DNA from: Promethearchaeia archaeon
Lineage (GTDB): Archaea > Asgardarchaeota > Lokiarchaeia > Sigyniarchaeales > SOKP01
Assembly: GCA_029856105.1 (NCBI GenBank)
Contig: JAHQWH010000013.1
Location: 1-62,720, forward strand
Reading direction: 5' to 3'
Length of the DNA: 62,720 nucleotides
Under the pieces are notes generated by a model. That model made no database searches, had not been told where the DNA came from, and saw nothing but the letters and a program-made list of their open reading frames with translations. Both the position numbers and the translations under genes were made by a program. The first letter of the stretch is position 1. Every line of letters starts with the position of its first letter. This document shows, piece after piece, positions 40,268 to 50,681 of this stretch.

Positions 40268-40816
40268 TTATTGATCCTTATATTTTTCATAAAGGGTTTT
40301 TATGATTGCTTGAAATGCTTTATAAACGCCAGTTCCTGTTTTTGCGCTGGTTTTGTAATATCCCAGAAAACTCCTTTCATTAGTTATCTTTTCAACCTTG
40401 CTATCATCTAATGATTCTTTGCTCACTAAATCAATCTTATTACCAAATAATACAATTGGAATATCTCCACAATATTTTTTAATATCTTGATGCCATTCTG
40501 AGATGTGAGTAAAGCTTTTTTCCTCTTCTTTCGGAGCATGAGAAAAAACTATAATTGCGGCTTTACTCCCTTTATAGAACGTTGGTCGCATAAAAGAGAA
40601 TTCTGCTTGACCCGCAATATCCCAGAAGAATAATTTAACATGGCTATTCTCAATTTTTTCGTCATATTTCGAAAATTGCGCGCCTAAAGTTTTTATATAT
40701 TCTTTTTTAAAACTGCCTTTAGTATATTTTTTGATTAGGGATGTTTTTCCAACGCCACCATCGCCTATTACCGTGATTTTAAATACAAAATCTTTCCTCT
40801 CATCACTTTCGTTCAT
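40268..40816 (-). CDS. Rab-like small GTPase
   Basis: GDGGVGKT, YIKTLG, WDIAGQ, GNKID, KTSAK. Confidence 0.93.
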   Translation of the reverse strand: MNESDERKDFVFKITVIGDGGVGKTSLIKKYTKGSFKKEYIKTLGAQFSKYDEKIENSHVKLFFWDIAGQAEFSFMRPTFYKGSKAAIIVFSHAPKEEEKSFTHISEWHQDIKKYCGDIPIVLFGNKIDLVSKESLDDSKVEKITNERSFLGYYKTSAKTGTGVYKAFQAIIKTLYEKYKDQ

Positions 40817-41001
40817 AGAATCACATTATGATTTTTATTTTGTATCTCTATTTATTTCTTCTAAACTACTTTAAAATATAAATTATAAATATTGTTTTTT
40901 ATTTATATTGCTTTTTATTATACAATGAATTGTTATAAATCTTCCAGTTTCTTACAATATTAACCAGAAAAAATAACATATAAAATAGTGATAGAAAAAT
41001 T

Positions 41002-41478
41002 ATGGTAAATTTAGATAATGTCAAAGATATTGTCGTTAAATTTGCAAAGAATAATATTAAATTAGCAATTGCAGAATCGTGTACAGGAGGGTATATTTCA
41101 AATGCAATAACTAATATTTCTGGCGCTTCTAAAGTATTTGAACGTGGGATCATCTGTTATAGCAATAATTCTAAAATTGATCTTTTAAATGTTGATCCCG
41201 GTAGGATTGATCAATTTGGAGCAGTGTCAGAAATAGTAGCAAAACAATTGGCGCATAACATTAGAGTCCTCTCCAATGTTGAAATAGGGATAGGGATTAC
41301 CGGCATTGCAGGACCTACTGGTGGTACAGCTGAAAAACCTGTAGGCTTAGTTTTTATTGGTTTTTCAACTGAAAAGGATACTATTGTGGAAAAGCATCAA
41401 TTTAAGGTGGAAAGAATTACATTTAAAGAAAAGATTTTAGAAAAAGTTCTTTCTCTGCTTCAAAATTTCTCCTTATGA
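41002..41478 (+). CDS. CinA C-terminal / NMN deamidase (PncC-like)
   Basis: AESCTGG, GAVS, ITGIAGPTGG, KPVGLV. Confidence 0.9.
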   Translation: MVNLDNVKDIVVKFAKNNIKLAIAESCTGGYISNAITNISGASKVFERGIICYSNNSKIDLLNVDPGRIDQFGAVSEIVAKQLAHNIRVLSNVEIGIGITGIAGPTGGTAEKPVGLVFIGFSTEKDTIVEKHQFKVERITFKEKILEKVLSLLQNFSL

Positions 41479-41574
41479 GACAACCTTTTTTTCTCTAATT
41501 TTCAAATTTTCATATCTTTTTATAGATTAAGTAAAAAAGAATGAATAAGCAAAAAAAATACCGAGCTTTTTTGA

Positions 41575-42762
41575 ATGGAGATATTAAAGACAAATTATTT
41601 ATCATTTTTCATGGTCTATTTAATCATATCTTTGATTAACACATTTATAATTTTATATATCCCCGTTTTCATGTTAGAGATTTTAAATGTAAACAGAATA
41701 CAATTATCGTTTGTTCAATTTCTTTCGTATTTAACATTGTTTTTAGGACCAATTACAGGGTTGTTTTTTGATAAATTTTCCCATAAGAAAAAACAGTTTT
41801 TGTTAGTTTCAAGCCTCCTTTTGATTATAAGTTTCTCATTTTTTAATTTAAACGTTAACAACTTATCCTATTTTGGTATATTTCTATCGTTGAATTTTAC
41901 AAGTCGATTGATAATCAAAGCAGGAATGAGTAAATTGATGTTGGAAGTCTCACAATATAGAAATGCAAAAAAAAATATAATTTTGATTTCAAATGTTAGC
42001 GCTTCGCTTGGAAGTATTATTCCAATAATTATATTTAATTTAATAGTTTACGATATAAATTCCATTGATTTATGGACTTCATTTTTTAATGTTTGCTGGT
42101 TTTTGTCATTTCCTATCATGCTTACCTTCTTTTTAATAAAAGATGTCTCCCTTAATGAAGATTTTATAACTGAAACTAAAATAATAAAACCAATAGCACA
42201 AAAGAAAATAATAAACAAACATTTAAGTTTGGTATTAATTTTATTAGCGAATTTTCTAATCTGGGGGGATAAATTAATTGAATTCCCCCTCGCAAGTTAT
42301 ATCTTTACCAAATTTGGAGAAGAGGGTTTTAGGAATTATTCGTACTTATTTTTTATTTTCTTGTATTTAAATATTGGCGGGTGGTTTATTGCAAGGCGGC
42401 TTAAAAACGAAAAGAACTCAATCATTAATATATCAATTTCAATCACGATTTATGCTTCATTAATGTTCTTTATCGTCTTTTCGAATTTAACAACCTTCTT
42501 ATTAATTATGGCCGCAAATCAACTAATAGGTGGAATTATGATGTCCCAGTTTACTGAAAGAAACATTGATGTTTCAAATTTAGGTAAAAATACTGCCCTA
42601 TCATACGAGTTAATAAGAGGCTCTAGTCTATTGGCAAATCTTATATTTGTGCCATTAGGAACGTTATTAAGCACATTTGTACCGCTGGAATTTCTAATCA
42701 CTATTGTGGTTGTAATGTCTTTGTTTTCGATTACGCCTTTATATTTTTCGAAAATATATTAG
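41575..42762 (+). CDS. MFS-type transporter
   Basis: About 12 TM helices; GLFFDKFSHKK loop motif A. Confidence 0.8.
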   Translation: MEILKTNYLSFFMVYLIISLINTFIILYIPVFMLEILNVNRIQLSFVQFLSYLTLFLGPITGLFFDKFSHKKKQFLLVSSLLLIISFSFFNLNVNNLSYFGIFLSLNFTSRLIIKAGMSKLMLEVSQYRNAKKNIILISNVSASLGSIIPIIIFNLIVYDINSIDLWTSFFNVCWFLSFPIMLTFFLIKDVSLNEDFITETKIIKPIAQKKIINKHLSLVLILLANFLIWGDKLIEFPLASYIFTKFGEEGFRNYSYLFFIFLYLNIGGWFIARRLKNEKNSIINISISITIYASLMFFIVFSNLTTFLLIMAANQLIGGIMMSQFTERNIDVSNLGKNTALSYELIRGSSLLANLIFVPLGTLLSTFVPLEFLITIVVVMSLFSITPLYFSKIY

Positions 42763-43985
42763 GCATTGTTGATTAATTTGCCTTTTTCCATAACAAGTTT
42801 TTTTGTGCCATCTTTGTATTCAACTGTAATATTAGCTTGTGGAGCTGTAACGAAATCCCAATGTATTGAAGAAACCGAAGTTCCTCCCATCATTTTATTT
42901 CCTCCAAAGGCAACATGTACGCTTCCATTTATTTTTTCATCCGTAAGAATGTACCCGATTGCCTTTGTTATTTCGGGATTGCAGCCGATCCCGAGTTCTG
43001 CAACATTGTAAGTGCGCAATTCAGCTAAATTCTTTTCCTTATCTATTTTTTCACATTGTTTAAATGTAGCTACTAACTCATTCAAGTTCTCATCGGCAGT
43101 AACTTTATCGATTAATAGTCTTCCGTTCTTAAAAATTAGTTCGATATTTCTTAAGATTTTATTACTAAACCTATCTTTAGTTAAAGGGCAAAATATCGTT
43201 CCTTCTCCCTGTTTTTCGTGAGGGGGAAAGAATACTTCTCCAGCAGGTAAATTTCCTCCTAGATCTCCAATAGCAACCTGTTCATCTGATAATAATCCAT
43301 CATCGAGGACGATTACACGGTCTTCTATCGAAACCCAAAAGTCTGTTCCCAAATCATCAGTAACGTGAACTTTCTTCGCGTTTTTAAAATTTTTAGATAA
43401 ATTTGAGGTGATTTGTTGTAGATCTTTCTGAGGAACACTTATTCCACCCACGATAAATTTTTCAAGTAAATCATAATTTACATTATAAAAAGCTGCTGCT
43501 TTTTGGGAAGGCCATCCTGCGTAACACCACTTTTTTCCTGGAGAAAACTCTTCTGTAGCTCCATAGAGGACATCTTTAATAGGAGCAAGAGATTTAGCTC
43601 TAGCTAACAGTTTCTCTCTAGGTACTTCGTTTACAATCGATGGATCTTCGTAAGGTTCAATGACAATATAAGCGTCTATGTTTTCGATTAACTTCAAATA
43701 ATGTTTGGGGGTAATTGCCAGAATTTCACTTGAAATTTTTTTATCAAGGAAGAAAGTTTCTGTAAAACGATCGCTTGTGGACGAAATATGAGGAATTCCC
43801 CCTTTTCTATAAACATTTAACGCAATTTCCTCTAATAAATCTTGACAATAAATCCCTCCTTTGATGAAAACACATTCCCCTTTCTTTTTTATGTTAATAC
43901 TATTAACAATATTTTCTGCGCAAAGTTCAATAGTCTCTCTATCGATCATATCTGGTTTAATTTTTCTTATGTTATTAATTTTCAA
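42759..43985 (-). CDS. M29 aminopeptidase
   Basis: NLPAGEVF, AELGIG, DEK, HVAFG, SIHWD. Confidence 0.9.
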   Translation of the reverse strand: MKINNIRKIKPDMIDRETIELCAENIVNSINIKKKGECVFIKGGIYCQDLLEEIALNVYRKGGIPHISSTSDRFTETFFLDKKISSEILAITPKHYLKLIENIDAYIVIEPYEDPSIVNEVPREKLLARAKSLAPIKDVLYGATEEFSPGKKWCYAGWPSQKAAAFYNVNYDLLEKFIVGGISVPQKDLQQITSNLSKNFKNAKKVHVTDDLGTDFWVSIEDRVIVLDDGLLSDEQVAIGDLGGNLPAGEVFFPPHEKQGEGTIFCPLTKDRFSNKILRNIELIFKNGRLLIDKVTADENLNELVATFKQCEKIDKEKNLAELRTYNVAELGIGCNPEITKAIGYILTDEKINGSVHVAFGGNKMMGGTSVSSIHWDFVTAPQANITVEYKDGTKKLVMEKGKLINNA

Positions 43986-44141
43986 TTTTATATTATGTCT
44001 AAAAGTAAATCATTTATTGAGAAACTGAAAAAATTGTTTTACCAACAATGAATTTATTACGCATAATTGTTATATTTAAAATATCGGAAAAACGAAATCT
44101 TGATAAGATTAGAGAATAATACACATAAAATAAGATAAATA

Positions 44142-44603
44142 ATGATTCGAGAAACAGGTTTGCTTTTTAGGGGTTTTACATTAGTGAAAAAAAGTTATCA
44201 CAAAACTACTTTAGGAAAAATCGATACCGATTTAAGAAGTGGTTTGCTTACAGCACTCTTGAATTTTGCAGAGGCTGCATTTGATACAGGTGCTGTAGAA
44301 TATTTTGAAGGAAATAAATTTACTTTAGCTTTTATTAATGACAAAATTTTGGCAGATGATAGTGTCGAGCCCGAGCTTTTAGTTTCGTATGCGATTATCG
44401 ATAAACAGAAAAAAGTAGATAAATATGTTTTTAAAATCGTCCACCCTCTATTGATTAAAGTTGCTAAGGAGTTTAAAGCTCAAAATGAGGGAAAAAATTT
44501 ATCAGAAATCTCTCAATTTAAGATCTTTAAGAACAATCTTGATGAAATTTTTGGATCTAATACGAAAAATATTGATCAAAAACTAAGAGGATTATTTTAT
44601 TAA
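44142..44603 (+). CDS. Longin-like domain protein
   Basis: GFTLVKKSY...DLRSGLLTALLNFAE...VEYFEG pattern. Confidence 0.65.
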   Translation: MIRETGLLFRGFTLVKKSYHKTTLGKIDTDLRSGLLTALLNFAEAAFDTGAVEYFEGNKFTLAFINDKILADDSVEPELLVSYAIIDKQKKVDKYVFKIVHPLLIKVAKEFKAQNEGKNLSEISQFKIFKNNLDEIFGSNTKNIDQKLRGLFY

Positions 44604-44636
44604 ACTATATAATAATTCAAGTAAAATTTCAAGATG

Positions 44637-45593
44637 TTAACTATTTTTCTTTGTTCTCTTTAGAAACCACAATATTAATGGCAATGCGATCGTTGCATCT
44701 GAGATAACCGTTGAGTACTTCGCTTCTTGACTTACTTTTCCCCAAGATTTTGCTTCTTCAAAAGTTGCTCCACTAAGACCGCCTTGTTCTGGGCGATCCA
44801 TTGTTATTTGAATTGCGTACTTCGCGGAATTAGGACAAAATTGCAATGATTGCATAATAAAGTTCTTAGGAACACCTCCACCAATAATACAAACGCCCGC
44901 TTGTTTAGCATCCCAAGCCAGATCAACCATCTTTAACATGTCTTTAAAGTGGTTAAGATTTAAATTTTGGTGATGAAATCCTAACTGTAAAGCCAAACCT
45001 GAATCCGTAAAAGCGGGACAAAATATTGGGACATTTTTATTTGCACAGATTTTTAAAATAGAATTTTCATTATCAGGTAATTGGTCTCCAAGGAGCTTTA
45101 AAAAAGAACTAACAGGCATATTTTCGTCAGGAATATCTAAATTTTTTACGTAATCTTCAATACCTTCGTAAACCTTATTCGGTAAGTATACATCGTAGAT
45201 TCTGTTTAAATCTTGTTTATGTAATTCATAATCATCAACCTCTTTTACGTTTAATTCCCCTTGTAAATGATGATATCCTAAGGTTTCGGCAATATCGTGA
45301 GTTAAAGAAGCGCCAGTAGTAACAAGAATGTCAATAAAACCTTCTTCAACGAAGTCGTGAATAACTCTTTGCATTCCTGCAGGAACTAAAGCCCCAGCAA
45401 GACCAAAAAATTTGATACATTTTTTATCTTCAATCATCTCCTTGTAAATTTCACAAGCTAAAGCTAAACGCTTAGCGTTAAATCCAGTGTTTTTTAATGA
45501 TTGAATAAGATCGACAATGTCATCATTCTTATCGATTTTGAATTGATTTACGTTTTTCAACTTCTTTTTTATATTTTCATTTGTCATAATCAT
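44637..45593 (-). CDS. dys: Deoxyhypusine synthase
   Basis: GFNA, TTGASLTHD, FCPAFTDS, GGGVPKN, GGLSGA..EAKSWGK. Confidence 0.93.
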   Translation of the reverse strand: MIMTNENIKKKLKNVNQFKIDKNDDIVDLIQSLKNTGFNAKRLALACEIYKEMIEDKKCIKFFGLAGALVPAGMQRVIHDFVEEGFIDILVTTGASLTHDIAETLGYHHLQGELNVKEVDDYELHKQDLNRIYDVYLPNKVYEGIEDYVKNLDIPDENMPVSSFLKLLGDQLPDNENSILKICANKNVPIFCPAFTDSGLALQLGFHHQNLNLNHFKDMLKMVDLAWDAKQAGVCIIGGGVPKNFIMQSLQFCPNSAKYAIQITMDRPEQGGLSGATFEEAKSWGKVSQEAKYSTVISDATIALPLILWFLKRTKKNS

Positions 45594-46500
45594 AAATTTT
45601 ATGTTTGTTTTGTATAAAAGAAATTAATTCTATTATTAACTTAGCCGCTAAATTAGATGTCACATTATTTAACAAATCTAAATTTGGACAAACTTCAACT
45701 AAATCAAAGGCAACAACATTAAAGTTTTTAGCCAAATTTCTCAATATTTTCCATAATTCGCGATAAGTAAATCCTCCAGGAATAGCATATCCGGTTCCCG
45801 GTGCTATAGAAGGGTCTAATGCATCGATATCAATCGAAATATATATCTGTTTTATTTGGGAATTTTCAAAAAAATCAATGATATTATCCGTAAATTTGTC
45901 AATACCGAAATCATGAAGTAAGTAAGCGTTAAAATGAACTATATCTTCCTTTTTTGCAAAATCTAATTCAGGGATATCTATATCCCTCGTTCCAACAATA
46001 AGCATATTATATTTATTGATAAAATCTAATTCATATAAACGATGGGAGATCGTTGCGTGAGAATACAACTTTTTATCCCATTCTTTATATAAATCGAGGT
46101 GAGCGTCAAAAATTAAAACGCCAAATTCATTCTTATTTTCAACAGAATCTGCTAAAGCTTTTACAACTGGAAAGGTGCAAAAATGGTCTCCGCCTATCAT
46201 TATTGGAACGACATCCTTTTTTTGACGGAAAATCAAACTTATAAATTTTTTAATTTCCTCAAGACTTTTATTAACATTAGTGGGTTCAATCGATACATCT
46301 CCTATATCAACAACTTTTAACTTAGGTATTTCAACGCCCATTTCAGTTGTTAATGCTAAATTCGATGTAATTTCTCGAATTTTTTGAGGGGCTATAGCAG
46401 AATTAACAGCCTTAAGAGAAGTCAAGTAGTCCCAGGGGATTCCAAATATTACGAATCTAGTATCATTATCAATTGTTTCGCCAAAATCATAAAAAGTCAT
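45577..46500 (-). CDS. speB: Agmatinase (ureohydrolase)
   Basis: GGDH, DAHLD, SHA, SIDIDALDPSIAPGTG..PGG, DLVEVCP. Confidence 0.88.
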   Translation of the reverse strand: MTFYDFGETIDNDTRFVIFGIPWDYLTSLKAVNSAIAPQKIREITSNLALTTEMGVEIPKLKVVDIGDVSIEPTNVNKSLEEIKKFISLIFRQKKDVVPIMIGGDHFCTFPVVKALADSVENKNEFGVLIFDAHLDLYKEWDKKLYSHATISHRLYELDFINKYNMLIVGTRDIDIPELDFAKKEDIVHFNAYLLHDFGIDKFTDNIIDFFENSQIKQIYISIDIDALDPSIAPGTGYAIPGGFTYRELWKILRNLAKNFNVVAFDLVEVCPNLDLLNNVTSNLAAKLIIELISFIQNKHKIYDYDK

Positions 46501-46526
46501 GATCCAATCCTTTTAATTATAGTTTG

Positions 46527-48254
46527 TTACATTTGATTTAACGTATCTATTCCCAATATATCTAATCCTATTTTGATCACGATTTGAACGCATCTAATTA
46601 ATAGTAACCTCGCTTTTTCTAAATCTTTATTATCAGATAAAACTTGGCAAGAAGAATAAAAAGAATTAAACGCTTGACATAAAGTTAAAAGGTATTGTGG
46701 GATTAGATGAATGTTATAATTTCTTGTTATGGAATCTAACATCTCAGGAAAATAATTTAATTGTTTAACTAAGGATATTTCTTTTTTGTGTTTTATTAAG
46801 TCCCATTCAATATCTAAGTCAATTAATTCTTTTGATTTCGTCATTATCGATTCAATTCTTGCGTAACAATATTGAATGTAAGGTCCTGTTTCACCTTCAA
46901 ACGAAATGCTTTGCTTAGGATTAAAAATAAAATCCGATTTAGGGTTAAATTTCAATATGAAAAAGGATAGCGCCGCCATACTAATAGATTTAGCCCTTTC
47001 TTTTTTTTTCTCTTCTGTAAGCTCTGGATATCTTTTATTTACTTCTTCATAAGCCAGTAATTGAATTTTATCAATTATATCATCTGCATCGACTATTGTT
47101 CCTTCCCGGCTTTTCATTTTTCCTTCTGGTAAATAAATCATTCCATATGACAAGTGAAATTTATCTTCCTTAAATCCGATCATATCCAAAACAGCAAATA
47201 ACTGTTTAAAATATAAATCCTGTTCATTTCCCACTACATAAATAGATTTGTCGTAATTGAAATCTTCTTTTTTTTGGAAGGCTAAGTAAATGTCTTGGGT
47301 AATGTACAAAGATGTCCCATCATTTCTCAATAAGATCTTATCTGGCAAATTAAACATTTCTTTTAGATTAGCTATAATCGCTCCATTTTCAGTTTTGCCA
47401 AAAATGTCTTTATCTAAGCATTCAAGGACTTTATCTTTTCCCTTCCAATAAATATCCGATTCAAAATACTCTTTATCAAACGATATATTTAATTTTTTAT
47501 AAGTTTCCTTAAAGCCCTTAAGTGCCCAACTGTTCATTTTTTTCCATAATGCCCTAACCTCAGGATCATTTTCTTCCCATAACCTAAGCATGTCGTAGAC
47601 TTCTTCTATTAACTTATCGTTTTTTTTTTCCATCTGATTATATTTAACGTAAAATTCTCCTACGAAGTGATCAGATTTTATATTTGGCTCTTTTTTATTT
47701 CCCCACTTTTTGTAAGCGAACATAGATTTACATATGTGGATTCCTCTATCATTATTTAGATTCACCTCGAAAACAAGTTCTTCTTTATATTTAAAAAGGT
47801 TCGAGAGAGAACGCCCTAATAACATATTACGGACGTGTCCTAAGTGAAGCGGTTTATTTGTATTTGGTGCGGGGTATTCTATTACGATTCTCAACGGGTC
47901 TGATTTACCTTTACTCAATTTTTCATAAATTCTTCCGTAATCTTCTTGAAGTTTAAAAATTTCTTGTAAAACTACCTGTGGTCTTACTTTAAAATTTAAA
48001 TAAGGTCCAGTTGCTTCTATGATTTCTAAATAATCAGCTAATTTTATTCTCTTTTTTAACTCTTTTGCTATGATGTTGGGCGCTTTTTTTTCAAATTTTG
48101 CCAGCTGAAAACAAGGAAATGCATAGGAAAAATCAAAATCTTGAGGAGGTATCTCAATTAAATTCTCAATTTCAGATATTGAGAGATTTGTGATATATTC
48201 GGCTAAAAATTCCGCGATTGTTTTTTTATCGATGATAATCATTTTCAATTTCAA
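46527..48254 (-). CDS. argS: Arginyl-tRNA synthetase
   Basis: PNTNKPLHLGH, DGTSLY, KMKSREG, FEGETGPYIQY, C-terminal anticodon domain. Confidence 0.96.
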   Translation of the reverse strand: MKLKMIIIDKKTIAEFLAEYITNLSISEIENLIEIPPQDFDFSYAFPCFQLAKFEKKAPNIIAKELKKRIKLADYLEIIEATGPYLNFKVRPQVVLQEIFKLQEDYGRIYEKLSKGKSDPLRIVIEYPAPNTNKPLHLGHVRNMLLGRSLSNLFKYKEELVFEVNLNNDRGIHICKSMFAYKKWGNKKEPNIKSDHFVGEFYVKYNQMEKKNDKLIEEVYDMLRLWEENDPEVRALWKKMNSWALKGFKETYKKLNISFDKEYFESDIYWKGKDKVLECLDKDIFGKTENGAIIANLKEMFNLPDKILLRNDGTSLYITQDIYLAFQKKEDFNYDKSIYVVGNEQDLYFKQLFAVLDMIGFKEDKFHLSYGMIYLPEGKMKSREGTIVDADDIIDKIQLLAYEEVNKRYPELTEEKKKERAKSISMAALSFFILKFNPKSDFIFNPKQSISFEGETGPYIQYCYARIESIMTKSKELIDLDIEWDLIKHKKEISLVKQLNYFPEMLDSITRNYNIHLIPQYLLTLCQAFNSFYSSCQVLSDNKDLEKARLLLIRCVQIVIKIGLDILGIDTLNQM

Positions 48255-48342
48255 TTCAATTACTATTTCAATTACTATTTATTTATTAATTATTAGCTCA
48301 TAAAATTTTTGTTATTATAATAATAGAAAAGTTGATTCGAGT

Positions 48343-49554
48343 ATGTCATTTGAACAAGACGCTAAGAGAAATTTTCCTAAATGGCCAATATATGACGACA
48401 AAGAGATAAATGCCTTAAAGAATGTAATAAAATCTGGCGATTGGTGGTGCGGTGCTCCAGGTACCCACCAAGGTGAGAATGTTTGGGAGTTTCAAGTAGA
48501 ATTTGCTAGATTTCAAGAAGCAAAGTATTGCGTAGCAGTATGCAATGGAACAGTAGCCATAGAAGCGGCACTGATGGGATTTAATATTGGTTTAGGTGAT
48601 GAAGTTATTGTTTCAGATTACACCTTTGTTGCATCATCATCAGCAGTAATAGCTACAAACGCAGTTCCAATATTCTGTGATATCGATCCAGAAACCCTAG
48701 TTATGGATGTGAATAAAATCGAGAATCTCATCACCAAAAGAACTAAAGCAATTATACCCGTTCATTTAGGTGGTAATCCCGTAGAAATGGATAAATTAAC
48801 GGAAATATCTTCAAAAAACAACCTATACGTTATTGAAGATTGCGCACACGCACACGGTTCTAGATTTAAAGGAAAAAGACTGGGTAACTGGGGGGATGCA
48901 GGAGCATTTAGTTATCAAGCTTCAAAAGTCTTAACAAGTGGTGAAGGTGGGGCAATAATTTGTAATTCCAAGGAATTAGCAGATAATATTTATTCTTATA
49001 TTGATTGCGGTAGGAAAAAAAACGCTTACTTTTACAAACATTTTAGCTATGGTACAAATTATAGGATGACCGAGTACCAGGCAGCAGTGCTTAGAACCCA
49101 GTTAGAAAAATTTCCCTCTCAACATAAACTAAGAAACGAGAATGCTAATTACTTAATGAATAAGTTAAATGAGATTGATGGGATTAAAACTATGAAACCA
49201 ACTCCCGGTACAACAGAACTTGGGTGGTATGTTTTCCCAATAGTATTTGAACCAGAAAAATTTAGTGGCCTTAGCAAGGTGGAATTTTATAAAAAGTTGA
49301 ATAGAAATGGCATACCTACTGATAGTTGTTACCCCCCATTACATAGCTTAGATTGTTTTAAAGAAGTAAATTTAAAAAAAGGAATTGACTATTCTAAAGC
49401 TAATTGGGGCGGAGAGAAAAGCGATGATAAAGATTTCCCCGTTGTTTCAAGTATCTATTCAAGAAGCATAGAATTTCCACAAGAAATGTTATTAGCTTCC
49501 AGAGAAAAATTGGATGGCGTAGTAGAATTTATAAAATCTTTAAAAAAGGAATAA
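48343..49554 (+). CDS. DegT/DnrJ/EryC1/StrS aminotransferase
   Basis: NGTVA, IEDCAHAHG, SYQASKVLTSGEGG, NYRMTEYQAA. Confidence 0.92.
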   Translation: MSFEQDAKRNFPKWPIYDDKEINALKNVIKSGDWWCGAPGTHQGENVWEFQVEFARFQEAKYCVAVCNGTVAIEAALMGFNIGLGDEVIVSDYTFVASSSAVIATNAVPIFCDIDPETLVMDVNKIENLITKRTKAIIPVHLGGNPVEMDKLTEISSKNNLYVIEDCAHAHGSRFKGKRLGNWGDAGAFSYQASKVLTSGEGGAIICNSKELADNIYSYIDCGRKKNAYFYKHFSYGTNYRMTEYQAAVLRTQLEKFPSQHKLRNENANYLMNKLNEIDGIKTMKPTPGTTELGWYVFPIVFEPEKFSGLSKVEFYKKLNRNGIPTDSCYPPLHSLDCFKEVNLKKGIDYSKANWGGEKSDDKDFPVVSSIYSRSIEFPQEMLLASREKLDGVVEFIKSLKKE

Positions 49555-49567
49555 TTGAGAATTAAAC

Positions 49568-50611
49568 TTAATCAACTTCTTCTATTTTCCTAGACTTTGC
49601 ACTTTTATACATCGTTTCGACAATTTTTAGAATTTTATAACCGTACTTGCCATCAGTAAGCGGTTTTTTATTATATAACATGCAATCGATAAAATGTGCT
49701 ATTTCTTGGGGGTAACCAAAAGACCAAGCTTCAGCTGGAACGGGAAACGTCCAACCCTTTGTAGTTCCAGCTTTTTCTACGGCATACCCAAACCCTTTTT
49801 CGGAATAAACGCTCATTAAATTAGAAAATGTTGGAGAGACTTTAACTTGTCCTTCAGTACCAAATAATTCAAATCTCATGTCATAACCTCCTGGCGCGGT
49901 CCACGACTCTTCAATTACTACTTGGGCGTCGTTTTCAAAGTATAGAACTCCTACAACGTTATCTTCGACTTCACACTTACCAAATTTACCTCGATCTGGT
50001 TGTATCGTTTTTACTTGACAGTATACCTCTCTAACATCGCATCCAAGATACCAAACTAAACAGGCAATATCGTGTATTCCTAAATCTAATAAAGCACCGC
50101 CTCCTGAATCCTTTAACTTATAAAACCATGCAGAATGAGGTCCAGAATGTTGTTCTTTTCCGCGACCCATGTAAATCTTCCCTAAAGCGCCCTCCTCGAT
50201 AATCTCTTTAACTTTACTAAATGAGGGCGCGTACATGTTATTTTCACAGTAAAGAATCTTCCTGTTTGAAGATTTCTCGACATCTAACATCTCTTTTCCT
50301 TCATTGATGTTTCTAGCTAAAGGTTTCTCTATAAGCGCGTGCTTTCCAGAATTTAAAATGTCAATGGCTATATCTTTATGTAAATAATTTGGTATACAAG
50401 CAGAGATAGCATCACAATCGAGTTTCAATAAATTTTTGTAGTTTTTATATGGATTACCAAGGATTCCATACCTATTCATTAGACTTTTAGCTTCATCTTC
50501 ATTTATAGAAGAGATTCCCACAATTTCCACATTTGGGAGCAATGAATAAGAATGACAATGATGTTCAGCAATAAAACCAGACCCAATAATTCCTACTTTA
50601 ATTTTATCCAT
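49568..50611 (-). CDS. Gfo/Idh/MocA oxidoreductase
   Basis: GIIGSGFIA, EKP, GGGALLDLGIH. Confidence 0.92.
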   Translation of the reverse strand: MDKIKVGIIGSGFIAEHHCHSYSLLPNVEIVGISSINEDEAKSLMNRYGILGNPYKNYKNLLKLDCDAISACIPNYLHKDIAIDILNSGKHALIEKPLARNINEGKEMLDVEKSSNRKILYCENNMYAPSFSKVKEIIEEGALGKIYMGRGKEQHSGPHSAWFYKLKDSGGGALLDLGIHDIACLVWYLGCDVREVYCQVKTIQPDRGKFGKCEVEDNVVGVLYFENDAQVVIEESWTAPGGYDMRFELFGTEGQVKVSPTFSNLMSVYSEKGFGYAVEKAGTTKGWTFPVPAEAWSFGYPQEIAHFIDCMLYNKKPLTDGKYGYKILKIVETMYKSAKSRKIEEVD

Positions 50612-50681
50612 AATTATACCTTCTTGATAATTTAATTTTGATTTAGTTTAACATGTTTAAATTTAAAATTATAATTGTTTG

